The position numbers and the translations under genes are program-made. Below the pieces are notes generated by a model. That model made no database searches and was not told the origin of the DNA. It was given only the letters and a program-made list of their open reading frames with translations. DNA of 64,000 nt from Marmoricola sp. (GTDB lineage Bacteria > Actinomycetota > Actinomycetes > Propionibacteriales > Nocardioidaceae), in contig JBOHDO010000135.1 of the NCBI GenBank assembly GCA_050699415.1, forward strand, positions 112 through 64,111, written 5' to 3'. Below are positions 1 through 9,091 of the stretch, piece by piece (positions within the stretch are counted from its first letter, which is position 1; the number at the start of each line of letters is the position of its first letter).

Positions 1-1
1 C

Positions 2-361
2 CAGCAGTCCCGGATCACCGCCACCGAGCACCGGGTCATGGCCGCACCCGACGCGGTGCGCACCACCAAGCCCGTCACCGGCGGAGGCACCGCGACCCTG
101 GTCCGCTCGGCCGGCCTCGGCCGCGCCGCCCTCCGGCTCAGCCACATGCCCGCGCCACCGACCGGCAAGGTCTACCAGCTGTGGCTGCAACGCCCGAACG
201 GGCACATGGTCTCGGCCGGCCTGGCACCCCCGGGCGCCAACCAGACCCTGATGCTCAACGGCGACGCGGCCAGTGCCCGCGCCGCAGCCATCAGCGTCGA
301 ACCCGCCGGCGGCTCCCCCGCCCCGACGACCGCACCGATCGCACTGTTCTCCTTCGCCTGA
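2..361 (+). CDS. rskA: Anti-sigma-K factor RskA, C-terminal part (5' end outside the window)
   Basis: Frame is open from the window edge. VYQLWL...SAGL and AISVEPAGGSPAPT are typical of the RskA C-terminal domain, and the neighbours (fasciclin, Mo-oxidoreductase) fit. Confidence 0.85.
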   Translation, partial: QQSRITATEHRVMAAPDAVRTTKPVTGGGTATLVRSAGLGRAALRLSHMPAPPTGKVYQLWLQRPNGHMVSAGLAPPGANQTLMLNGDAASARAAAISVEPAGGSPAPTTAPIALFSFA

Positions 362-573
362 CCCAGCGGGCCGGGTGCCGGTGGCCCGGGTGGTGTGGGC
401 GGTAGGCCTGTGCCTCGAGACCGTCCGAGGCCGCAGCGTGCGCGGTCCCGGGCACACCCCGGCAACCCCGGCCGGCTGATGGGCCGGGCCCGGTGGGCCT
501 GGACCAGGCACCCGATCTGCCTCGGCGACGCGTGCGTGTGGCACCGCCCGGATCAACTGTTCTCCAAACCATG

Positions 574-599
574 CCATCCGCTGGCGCGACGGCCACGAA
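574..599 (+). promoter_or_regulatory. SigK-type promoter (CCATCC-N15-ACGAA), probably leaderless for the ATG at 608
   Basis: CCATCC at 574-579 and ACGAA at 595-599 with a 15-nt spacer. This is one mismatch from the mycobacterial SigK consensus as I recall it (CCATCC-N15-CCGAA). Confidence 0.7.
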
Positions 600-607
600 C
601 CACGGGC

Positions 608-2170
608 ATGACGTCCGCACGACGATGGCTGCTCGGAGCCCTCACCGGCCTGCTGGCCGGAGCCGCCGCCGTCCTCGGCGGCGAGGCCGTGAGCCGGGCC
701 CTGTCCGGCACCGTCTCCCCCATCTTCGCGGTGGGCAACCGGGTCGTGGACTGGACGCCCCAGCCGCTCAAGGACTGGGCGATCGCGCACTTCGGCAGCC
801 ACGACAAGGACATCCTGGTCGGCAGCGTCATCGTGGTCGTGGCCGTCATCGCCGCGCTGATCGGCGTCCTCGGGACCCGCCGCCCCAGGCTCGCCACCGG
901 TTGCTACGTCGTCCTCGCGCTGGTGGCGTGGGCCGCCGTGCTGACCGACCGCACCAGCACCGCGGGCACGCTGTTGCTGTGCCTGCCCGCCCTGACCGTG
1001 CTGGTGGTCGGGGTCATCGCCTACCGGTGGCTGTGGCGCGGGCTGGACCGGGCCCACGCGACCCGTCGCCCCGAGCGCAGCGAAGCCGTCCGGACCGCCC
1101 CACCGGAGGGCTTCGACCGCCGCGCCTTCCTGGAGGCCGCCGCCGCCGTGGCCGCGGTCGCCGCCGCCGGGGGGATCGCCCGCGCCGCCGTGGGAGGGTC
1201 CGGCGCCGCCACCACTCGGGCCGGGGTCCGCATCCCCCGGCCCAGCGTCCGGGCCCGGTCGGTCAAGCCCGGTATCGACGTCCCCGGAATCACGCCGTAC
1301 ATCACCCCCAACCGCAACTTCTACCGTGTCGACACCGCCCTGCAGGTCCCGCAGGTGGAGGACCTGGAGTCGTGGCGACTCCGCATCCACGGCATGGTCG
1401 ACCACCCGCTCGAGCTGAGCTTCGCCGACCTGCTGGACCGGCGCCTGGTCGAGGAACACATCACGCTGACCTGCGTGTCCAACCAGGTCGGCGGAAACCT
1501 CGTGGGCAACGCCACCTGGATCGGGGTGCCCACCCGCGACCTGCTCGCCGAGGCCGGCGCGCGGTCCGGGGCCGACGCGGTCAAGTCCACCAGCGTCGAC
1601 GGCTTCACCGCGAGCACGCCGCTGCACACCATGACCGATGACCGCGGCACCCTGGTCGCGGTCGCGATGAACGGTGCGCCGCTGCCGCTCGCGCACGGCT
1701 TCCCGGCCCGCATGGTCAACCCCGGCCTCTACGGCTACGTCTCGGCCACCAAGTGGCTCACCGACCTCGAGGTGACCCGGTTCTCCGACTTCAAGGCCTA
1801 CTGGACCAACCGCGGGTACGCCGCCCAGGCACCCATCAAGCTCTCCAGCCGCATCGACGTACCGCGCGCGTTCGCGCACGTCCGGGCCGGCCGCACCCCG
1901 GTTGCCGGGGTCGCCTGGTCCCAGCACCGCGGCATCACGAAGGTCGAGGTCTCCGTCGACGACGGTCCCTGGCAGGCCGCACACCTGTCCGAGCAGGACG
2001 ACATCAACACCTGGCGCCAATGGGTGTGGCACTGGGACGCCACGCCCGGCAACCACACCCTCAGCGTCCGCGCCACCGACGCCACCGGAACCACCCAGAC
2101 CGCCACCAGGGCGCCCGTCGCCCCGGACGGATCGACGGGCCGGCAGACCCTCGCCGTCACCGTCAGCTAG
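608..2170 (+). CDS. Membrane-anchored molybdopterin-dependent oxidoreductase (sulfite oxidase family)
   Basis: N-terminal TM helices, a Tat-like FDRRAFL segment, FYRVDTAL, Mo-binding TLTCVSN, GNATWIGV, HGFPARM..PGLYGYVSATKW and a C-terminal dimerisation domain. Start placed at ATG 608. Confidence 0.9.
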   Translation: MTSARRWLLGALTGLLAGAAAVLGGEAVSRALSGTVSPIFAVGNRVVDWTPQPLKDWAIAHFGSHDKDILVGSVIVVVAVIAALIGVLGTRRPRLATGCYVVLALVAWAAVLTDRTSTAGTLLLCLPALTVLVVGVIAYRWLWRGLDRAHATRRPERSEAVRTAPPEGFDRRAFLEAAAAVAAVAAAGGIARAAVGGSGAATTRAGVRIPRPSVRARSVKPGIDVPGITPYITPNRNFYRVDTALQVPQVEDLESWRLRIHGMVDHPLELSFADLLDRRLVEEHITLTCVSNQVGGNLVGNATWIGVPTRDLLAEAGARSGADAVKSTSVDGFTASTPLHTMTDDRGTLVAVAMNGAPLPLAHGFPARMVNPGLYGYVSATKWLTDLEVTRFSDFKAYWTNRGYAAQAPIKLSSRIDVPRAFAHVRAGRTPVAGVAWSQHRGITKVEVSVDDGPWQAAHLSEQDDINTWRQWVWHWDATPGNHTLSVRATDATGTTQTATRAPVAPDGSTGRQTLAVTVS

Positions 2171-2197
2171 CAACACCCCACCAGAAAGGCAAACCCC

Positions 2198-2854
2198 ATG
2201 CACACCAGGAAGACACTCCTCACGGTGGCCGCGGTCGCGGCCCTGTCCAGCACCGCCGCCTGCGGCGGCGGATCCAGCACCAGCGCCAACTCCGGTGGCA
2301 ACGGCGGATCCGGCTCGAACGGCGGCTCGACGTCGTCGAGCTCGTCCATGAACGCGTCGGCGAAGATGGTCGGCCCGGGCTGCGCAGCCTATGCCAAGGC
2401 CGTTCCCAACGGCCCCGGCTCGGTCAAGGGCATGGCCCAGGACCCGGTCGCCACCGCGGCCAGCCACAACCCGCTGCTGAAGACCCTGGTGGCCGCGGCC
2501 TCCGGCAAGGTCAACCCCAAGGTGAACCTGGTCGACACCCTCAACAGCGGCCAGTTCACCGTGTTCGCGCCCACCGACAAGGCGTTCGGCAAGGTGCCCG
2601 CCGCCACCATGAAGAAGCTGACGAAGGACCCCAAGCTGCTCAAGACGATCCTGACCTACCACGTCATCCCGGGCCAGCTCTCACCCGCCCAGATCGACGG
2701 CAAGCACAAGACCGTCGAGGGCGACACCGTCAAGGTCGCCGGCTCGGGGAACCACCTGACCGTCAACGGCAGCTCGCACGTGATCTGCGGCGGCGTGAAG
2801 ACCGCCAACGCCACGGTCTACCTGGTCGACCACGTGCTGAACCCGCCCATGTGA
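2198..2854 (+). CDS. Fasciclin-domain lipoprotein (MPT70/MPT83-like)
   Basis: Lipoprotein signal (TAAC), Gly/Ser linker, [48 protein letters not shown]. Confidence 0.92.
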   Translation: MHTRKTLLTVAAVAALSSTAACGGGSSTSANSGGNGGSGSNGGSTSSSSSMNASAKMVGPGCAAYAKAVPNGPGSVKGMAQDPVATAASHNPLLKTLVAAASGKVNPKVNLVDTLNSGQFTVFAPTDKAFGKVPAATMKKLTKDPKLLKTILTYHVIPGQLSPAQIDGKHKTVEGDTVKVAGSGNHLTVNGSSHVICGGVKTANATVYLVDHVLNPPM

Positions 2855-2872
2855 CGGTCCGCCTGGCCGCGA

Positions 2873-2917
2873 CGGCACGGTGTCCCCGGGAAGGCCCTCA
2901 CCGGGGACACCGTGCCG
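2873..2917. terminator. Perfect 17-bp inverted repeat (11-nt loop) between convergent genes
   Basis: CGGCACGGTGTCCCCGG at 2873-2889 and CCGGGGACACCGTGCCG at 2901-2917. No U-tract. Confidence 0.6.
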
Positions 2918-3025
2918 AACGTCGTTGCCGTCGGGGTCGAACCTCGTCCGTCGCGACACCGGGTTGAACGCCCGGAAGTACGACGCGGCGCCGGTGCCGC
3001 ATCCGGCCGCACTGTGCCGGTCGCG
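2903..3025 (-). pseudogene. Relic of a DNA photolyase/cryptochrome FAD-binding domain
   Basis: Translation ...AGCGTGAASYFRAFNPVSRRTRFDPDGNDVRHGVP matches the class I photolyase motif AGCGTDAAPYFRxFNPxxQxxxFDPDGxYVRRWVP with scattered substitutions. Confidence 0.75.
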
Positions 3026-3550
3026 CAGGACGGACAGGCCGGCCAGGGCGGGAATGGCGATCGACATCGCAGCCACCTTCGAGCGCCGGATCGCCAGCAT
3101 GATCACCGGGATGAGCAGGACCAGCCCGATCTCGAAGAACATCGGGATCCCGATGACGAAGGCGATCAGCGCCATTCGCCAGGGCAGGCTGCGTCTCCCG
3201 CCGGTGAGGATCGTGTCCACGATCTCGTCGGCGCCGCCGGAGTCGGCCAGCAGCTTGCCGAGCATCGCGCCGAGCACGATCAGGACGCCCACGCTGCCGA
3301 GCACGGCACCGACCCCGGTCTCGAAGGTGGTCGCGACGTCGGCGAGGGAGATGCCGGACCCGATCCCGACGAACAGGGACCCGATCGTCAGGGCGAGGAA
3401 ACCGTGCATCTTCAGCTTGACGATCAGCAGCACGATGATCGCGATGCCGAGGGCGGTCATGACCAGAACCTGGGTGTCGTGCCCGGTCCAGGGCTGGTGG
3501 ATCTGTCTGAGGGTGTCGTCGGCCTTCACGGCGGCGAGCGGGACGTTCAT
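3026..3550 (-). pseudogene. gntP: GntP-family (gluconate:H+ symporter) permease, 3'-truncated at about 175 codons
   Basis: GAMLGKLLADSGGADEIVDTIL, GIPMFFEIGLVLLIP and IPALAGLSVL are typical GntP N-half motifs. The expected HxxxPPHPGP continuation is missing and the frame runs into the photolyase relic. Confidence 0.85.
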
Positions 3551-4233
3551 CAGGACTCCGTTCCTGGGTTCTGCACGGGGCGGGGGATCTGGGTCCGGAA
3601 GGCGGTCGCCCGGTCGGTGATGGCGGACCACCGGGCTGCGGCAACGGCGTCGGGGGGCACGACCGACGTACCCGCGGTGACCGCGAGTGCGCCGGCGTGC
3701 AGGAAGTCGGCGGCGTTGTCGTCGGTGACGCCGCCGGAGGGCACCAGCGGTACGTCGGGGAACGGGCCGCGCAGGTCGGAGAGGTACCTCGGGCCACCGA
3801 GCCGGGCGGGGAAGATCTTGACCAGGTCGGCGCCGAGGGCGACCGCGGTCATCACCTCCGACGGGGTCAGCGCACCCAGCATCACCGGGACCTCGGCGTC
3901 GTGGGCGGCGGCGACGATCGCACCCGCGTCCGGGCCGGTCCCGGGGGTGACCAGGAAGCGTGCCCCGGCCTCGAGGGCCTCCTCCGCCTGGGCGGCGGTC
4001 CGGACGGTGCCGGCGCCGACGACCGCCCCGGTCCGGGAGGCGGCCCCGGCGGAGGTCCGGAGCAGCACCGGCAGGTCCGGCGTGGTGTAGGTCAGCTCGA
4101 CGACCCGGAGGCCGCCGGCCACGAGGGCCCGGCACAGGGCCACCGGGTCGGGCAGTCGCGGAGCGCGCACGACGGTCAGCGCGCGGTCGGTCGCCAGGGC
4201 ACCCAGCAGGTCCGTCGTGGCGTCATGGCTCAT
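3550..4233 (-). CDS. eda: KDPG/KHG aldolase family protein
   Basis: VELTYTTP, GAGTV, ARFLVTP, GALTPSEV, VKIFPA (Schiff-base Lys), LRGPFP..PSGGV. Confidence 0.88.
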   Translation of the reverse strand: MSHDATTDLLGALATDRALTVVRAPRLPDPVALCRALVAGGLRVVELTYTTPDLPVLLRTSAGAASRTGAVVGAGTVRTAAQAEEALEAGARFLVTPGTGPDAGAIVAAAHDAEVPVMLGALTPSEVMTAVALGADLVKIFPARLGGPRYLSDLRGPFPDVPLVPSGGVTDDNAADFLHAGALAVTAGTSVVPPDAVAAARWSAITDRATAFRTQIPRPVQNPGTES

Positions 4234-5840
4234 CGGGTTGCCTCCTGGGTACGGCGCAGGGCGCGGCCGGGTCGTGCGTCGGTGCGGTGCTGCTGGTCCA
4301 TCACGGCCACACCGTTGACCCACACCGTGTCGATGCCCTCGGCCTGCCGGCGGGGCCGGTCGAAGGTGGCGGTGTCACGCACGGTGTCGGGGTCGAACAG
4401 CACCAGGTCGGCGGCGTACCCCTCACGCACGAGGCCGCGTCGGTGCAGCCGCAGCCGGGCGGCAGGACGCCCCGTGAGGTGATGGACGCAGTCGACCAGG
4501 TCGAGGACGCCGAGCTCGCGCACGTAGCGCGCGAGGTAGCGCGGGAAGGTGCCCCAGGCGCGCGGGTGGGGGCGGTCGCCCACCAGGATCGCGTCCGACC
4601 CACCGCAGTGGGTGCGGTGCCGCATGATCGCCTGCACGTTCTCCTCGTGGCCCACGTGCTGCAGGATCGTGGTGCCGAGCCGGTCCTCCACCAACAACTC
4701 GAAGAACACCTCGGACGGTGGCCGTCGCGACGCCTCGGCCAGCTCTGCGACGGTGTGGCCGACCCGGTCGGCCAGGTCGGGGTTGCGCACGCCGCTGACC
4801 TGGATGGTGCGCCAGTCGGCGACGCAGCCGTGGCAGCCGTCGGTGCCGACCAGCTCGACCTCGTGGGCGATCCGGGCCCGTGAGCCGGGGTCACGGAGCC
4901 GGTGCAGCAGCGCGTCGGGTCCGCCCGCGGCGGCCCAGCCCGGGAGGAGGGCGCTCAGCGTAGTGGCACCCGGGAGGTAGGGGTAGGTGTCCAGGGTGAT
5001 GTCGACCCCCGCGACGAGGCCGTCGTCGATGATCGCCAGCAGCTCGCCGGCCCGGCCACGGTTGGGCTCGAAGTTCATGGTGGCGTGGGTCAGGTGCACC
5101 GGGCAGCCCGAGCGGCGGGAGACATCGATCATCTCGGCGTACGCCGCCAGCGCACCGGCGCCGTACGAGCGGTGGTGCGGGCAGTAGTAGCCGCCGTGGT
5201 CGGCGACCACACGGCACAGTGCGACCAGCTCGTCGGTGTCGGCGAACATCCCGGGCGGGTAGGTCAGCCCGCTGCTCATGCCGACAGCTCCCTCGCGCAG
5301 GCCGCGTGACAGCAGGGCGGCCATCGCCTCAATCTCCGCCGGGGTCGCGGTGCGGTCGTCGGGCCCGACCACCATGTGCCGCAGGGTGCCCTGCGGCACC
5401 AGGTACGCCGCGTTGCACGCGATGCCGCGGTCGAGCCGGTCGAGGTAGCCCGCGACCGTGTCCCAGTCGTAGGCGAAGCCGCCCGGGTCGCCGTTCCAGC
5501 CGGCGATCTGGTCGCGCAGTGCGGTCCGGGTGGCTACGTCGCAGGGCGCGAAGGACAGCCCGTCCTGGCCCAGCACCTCCAGGGTGACGCCCTGGCTGAC
5601 CTTCGCGGTGTGGTCGGGGCTGGCCAGCAGCTGGATGTCGGAGTGGGCGTGCATGTCGATGAAGCCCGGTGCGAGCACCCGGCCACCGGCCTCGACGGTA
5701 CGGCGGGCGGCCGTCGCCGCCCCGGGCACGCGGTGGACGCCGGTGACCGTCCCCGACTCGACCACCACGTCCGCGGGGAAGGCGGCGGCACCCGAGCCGT
5801 CGATGACACGGGCGTCGCGGATCAGCCAGTCGGCGCTCAT
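4230..5840 (-). CDS. N-acyl-D-amino-acid deacylase (D-aminoacylase family amidohydrolase)
   Basis: PGFIDMHAHSD, GMSSGLTYPPG, GSD, HPRAWGTFPRYL, RGLVREGYAADLVLFDP. Start ATG 5840. Confidence 0.92.
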   Translation of the reverse strand: MSADWLIRDARVIDGSGAAAFPADVVVESGTVTGVHRVPGAATAARRTVEAGGRVLAPGFIDMHAHSDIQLLASPDHTAKVSQGVTLEVLGQDGLSFAPCDVATRTALRDQIAGWNGDPGGFAYDWDTVAGYLDRLDRGIACNAAYLVPQGTLRHMVVGPDDRTATPAEIEAMAALLSRGLREGAVGMSSGLTYPPGMFADTDELVALCRVVADHGGYYCPHHRSYGAGALAAYAEMIDVSRRSGCPVHLTHATMNFEPNRGRAGELLAIIDDGLVAGVDITLDTYPYLPGATTLSALLPGWAAAGGPDALLHRLRDPGSRARIAHEVELVGTDGCHGCVADWRTIQVSGVRNPDLADRVGHTVAELAEASRRPPSEVFFELLVEDRLGTTILQHVGHEENVQAIMRHRTHCGGSDAILVGDRPHPRAWGTFPRYLARYVRELGVLDLVDCVHHLTGRPAARLRLHRRGLVREGYAADLVLFDPDTVRDTATFDRPRRQAEGIDTVWVNGVAVMDQQHRTDARPGRALRRTQEATR

Positions 5841-5847
5841 CGGGCCC

Positions 5848-7182
5848 TCAGAACCAGGTCCGGACCAGGTCGACGACGGTGGGGTCGGCCGCATCCGGGT
5901 CGTCGACCACCGGCACGAGCGTCCACTTGTCGAAGGCCGTGCACGGGTGCGAGAGGCCCAGCCGCAGCTCGTCCCCGACGCGCACCGGCGGCTCGCCGCT
6001 GCGGTCGAAGGACAGGAAGCCGTGCTGGTCGTTCAGCGCGGTCACGGTGACGCCTCGTACCGGCATCGGTTGCTCCCCCGGGCCGCGCGGACGCCGCAGC
6101 TGCACCTCCGGCAGCCCCTCGTCGAAGGGCAGGTCCCGCTTGCCGCCGTCGAACAGGGCCAGGCCCGGCTCGGGCTGGGAGGTCACCCGCACCCAGCCGT
6201 GCATCGCCGAGCGCAGCCCGGCCCCTCCGGCGTACCGCTCGGCTCCCAGCGGCGAGATGTGCCGGTAGAACCCGTCGTCGTGGGCCAGGTACGCACCGCT
6301 GCGCAACACCACCTCCGCGCCGGAGCCGGCCAGGGGGCCGAGCACCTCGGCGACGACGTCGAAGAACGCGCTGCCGCCGGCGGTCACGACCGGCTCGAGG
6401 TCGTCCCGGTAGCAGCCCGAGGACGCCAGCCGGTCGTGCACCTCGGCCAGGTCGCGCAGGTAGTCCCGCACCGTCTGCATGCTCTGCTCGTCGCTGTCGT
6501 GCGCCAGGGCGCCCTCGTAGCCGGCGACGCCCGCCAGGTCGAGATGTGGTGACTCCTCCACCGCCCTCGCCACGGCGACACAGGTGTCGAGGTCCCGGGC
6601 ACCGGTGCGGCCACCCGCGCCCCCGCGCTCGACCAGGACCCGGATCGCCGGACGCGCACCCACGTCGGAGACGTACGCCGCCAGCGCCGCGTGCATCAGC
6701 GCCACGGTCCGCACCGAGTCGGCCCACACCAGGATCTCGGCCCCGGGGTCATCGGCGAGCTGGTCGGCGGCCCAGCGCAGGCCGAGCGGAGACACCAGGC
6801 TGTTGGCGACCATCACCCGGCTCACGCCGAAGGCACGGGCCACGGCGAGCTGGGCCTGGTTGGCCACGGTGATGCCCCAGGCGCCCGCCTCGACCTGCTC
6901 GGCCCACAGCTGTGGCGCCATCGTGGTCTTCCCGTGCGGGGCCAGCGCGAGCCCCCGCTGGGCGCACCATCCGGCGAGCAGGTCGCCGTTGCGGTCCAGG
7001 GCCCGGCGCGACAGGGTCAGCAGCGGCGTCGGCAGCTCGGACAGCCGCGGCCGGCGACGCCCGACCTCGGCCACGGTCAGCCCCCACAGCGCCGGCGGCA
7101 CCGCCTTGTGCCGCCAGTCCACCCGCTCGTCGGCGAGGGCGGCGACGGCACCGCGGTCGATCGTGGCCGGGGGTCGGCTCAT
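5848..7182 (-). CDS. PLP-dependent D-amino acid deaminase/dehydratase (D-serine dehydratase/D-threonine aldolase, fold type III)
   Basis: APHGKTTM (PLP Lys), TAGGS, LRSGAY, NDQHG and SHPCT metal motif. Start ATG 7182 with an upstream GGAGG. Confidence 0.88.
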   Translation of the reverse strand: MSRPPATIDRGAVAALADERVDWRHKAVPPALWGLTVAEVGRRRPRLSELPTPLLTLSRRALDRNGDLLAGWCAQRGLALAPHGKTTMAPQLWAEQVEAGAWGITVANQAQLAVARAFGVSRVMVANSLVSPLGLRWAADQLADDPGAEILVWADSVRTVALMHAALAAYVSDVGARPAIRVLVERGGAGGRTGARDLDTCVAVARAVEESPHLDLAGVAGYEGALAHDSDEQSMQTVRDYLRDLAEVHDRLASSGCYRDDLEPVVTAGGSAFFDVVAEVLGPLAGSGAEVVLRSGAYLAHDDGFYRHISPLGAERYAGGAGLRSAMHGWVRVTSQPEPGLALFDGGKRDLPFDEGLPEVQLRRPRGPGEQPMPVRGVTVTALNDQHGFLSFDRSGEPPVRVGDELRLGLSHPCTAFDKWTLVPVVDDPDAADPTVVDLVRTWF

Positions 7183-7192
7183 GAGCCCTCCT

Positions 7193-7221
7193 GTTGCAGT
7201 ATACGCAACCACGATTGCGTA
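7193..7221. promoter_or_regulatory. Overlapping palindromes in the divergent promoter; candidate IclR operator
   Basis: GTTGC-N7-GCAAC (7193-7209) and TACGCAA-N6-TTGCGTA (7202-7221) in an AT-richer patch. Confidence 0.5.
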
Positions 7222-7301
7222 ATGTGTCTCGCATTGGGTAGCATCTCCGCCGCGTCCCCGTCAAGGGGAGGCAACCTGACAGCGGCGAAGGGAGCACCGG
7301 C

Positions 7302-8327
7302 ATGGTCGAGCACGATCCGGGCCGCGTGGTCTGCCTCGGTGAGGCACTCGTCGTGCTGCGCCCGGACCGGCCCGGTGGCCCGGGTGCGTCGGACCTGCTG
7401 CGCTGCTCGGTCGGCGGCGCCGAGGGCAACGTCGCCGGCGCCCTGGCCGACATGGGGGTGGACACCACGTGGGTCTCGCGGCTCGGGGCCGACCCGTTCG
7501 GCGACCTCGTCGAGCGCGACCTGCGGGCGCGTGGGGTTCAGGTGGTGGCCGAACGCGACCCGGACCGCGTGACCGGGGCGTACCTCAAGGACTCCGCAGC
7601 CACCGGGAGCCGGATGTTCTACTACCGCACCGGGTCGGCGGCCTCGGTGATGGACGGTGGGCTGCTGGCCGAGCCCGAGGTCGCCCGGCAGCTGGCGAGC
7701 TGCCACCTGGTCCACAGCTCGGGCATCACCGCCGGCATCCTCGCGCCGGACTCCGACCTGTTCGCCCGGCTCGTCGAGGCGCGCGAGCGGCACGGCTTCC
7801 TGCTCAGCATCGACCTCAACTGGCGTCCGGCGGTCTGGCGCGGTCGGGACACCCGGGCACTGCACGAGCTGCTCGGCGCGGCCGACGTGCTCCTGCTCGG
7901 CGCCGACGAGGCCCGGGCGGTGCTCGGCACGTCCGATCCCGCCGGGTTGCGCCGGATCGTGGGTCCGCGGCCCCGGCTGGTGGTCAAGAGCGACTCCCAC
8001 GCCGCGACCGAGGTGGCACCCGACGGTCGCAGCACCCGGGTCCCGGCACTGGACGTCGAGGTGGTCGAACCCGTCGGCGCCGGCGACGGGTTCGCCGCCG
8101 GGTACCTGGCCGGCCTGCTCGGTGGGTACGGCGCGACCCAACGGCTCCGGCTGGGCCACCTGGTCGCGGCCGGCGTGCTCGCCGAGCCCGGTGACCACGC
8201 CCACCCGCCGGCGGCCGACGTACGCCGCGCGCTCGTCGGCGCCACCGCGGAGGACTGGCGCGCCACCCGCGTCGGACCGGACGGGATCGGCTCCCCCGCC
8301 CTGCACGCCATCGGAGGGTCGCGATGA
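7302..8327 (+). CDS. PfkB-family sugar kinase, KdgK-like
   Basis: GGAEGNVAGALA, RLGADPFG, IDLNWRP, VGAGDGFAAG. Confidence 0.9.
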   Translation: MVEHDPGRVVCLGEALVVLRPDRPGGPGASDLLRCSVGGAEGNVAGALADMGVDTTWVSRLGADPFGDLVERDLRARGVQVVAERDPDRVTGAYLKDSAATGSRMFYYRTGSAASVMDGGLLAEPEVARQLASCHLVHSSGITAGILAPDSDLFARLVEARERHGFLLSIDLNWRPAVWRGRDTRALHELLGAADVLLLGADEARAVLGTSDPAGLRRIVGPRPRLVVKSDSHAATEVAPDGRSTRVPALDVEVVEPVGAGDGFAAGYLAGLLGGYGATQRLRLGHLVAAGVLAEPGDHAHPPAADVRRALVGATAEDWRATRVGPDGIGSPALHAIGGSR

Positions 8328-9091
8328 GCCAGAGCCTCGCACGCGCGCTGGCCATCCTGGGCGAGCTGGGCGCCGGTGAACGTTCCCTCGACGACCTGGC
8401 CGGGTCGCTCGACGTGCACAAGACCACCGTGCTCCGGCTGTTGCGCACCCTGGAGTCCGACCGCTTCGTACGCCGCGACGACCACCACCGCTACACGCTG
8501 GGCTCACGCCTGTTCGAGCTCGGTGCCTCCTCCCTGGAGCAGCACGCGGTCCGCGACATCGCGCTCCCCCACCTGCGCAGCCTCGGACGGGAGACCGGCG
8601 GCCAGGCGGTGCACCTGGCCGTGCTCGAGGGCGACCACGCGGTCTACGTCGCCAAGGTGGAGAGCACCAACCCGGTGCGGATGTACTCCCAGGTGGGCCT
8701 GCCCGCTCCCGTGCACGCCACCGCGGTCGGGAAGGTGCTCGCCAGCGACCTCCCCGAGCGGCAGCTCTCCGCGCTCCTGGCGGACCTGGACTACCACGCC
8801 TTCACCGCCCGCACCATCACCGACGAGAGCTCGTTCCGCGCCGCGCTGGCCGAGGCCCGCGAGCGCGGCTGGGCCGAGGACGCCGCGGAGCACGAGGACT
8901 TCGTGAACTGCATCGGGGCGCCGGTCCATGACCCGTCCGGCCGGGTCGTCGCCGCAGCGTCGATCTCGGTGCCGACCGTCATCTTGGACCACGACCGTGT
9001 CCGGGCACTGCTGCCCAGGCTGCTGGCGACCACGGCCGCGGTCGAGGCCGCCTGGGCAGGCGAACCCACCACCGAGAGGAGCAGCACATGA
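8324..9091 (+). CDS. IclR-family transcriptional regulator
   Basis: SQSLARALAIL HTH start, HATAVGKVL, RERGWAED..E...CIGAPV. Confidence 0.93.
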   Translation: MSQSLARALAILGELGAGERSLDDLAGSLDVHKTTVLRLLRTLESDRFVRRDDHHRYTLGSRLFELGASSLEQHAVRDIALPHLRSLGRETGGQAVHLAVLEGDHAVYVAKVESTNPVRMYSQVGLPAPVHATAVGKVLASDLPERQLSALLADLDYHAFTARTITDESSFRAALAEARERGWAEDAAEHEDFVNCIGAPVHDPSGRVVAAASISVPTVILDHDRVRALLPRLLATTAAVEAAWAGEPTTERSST

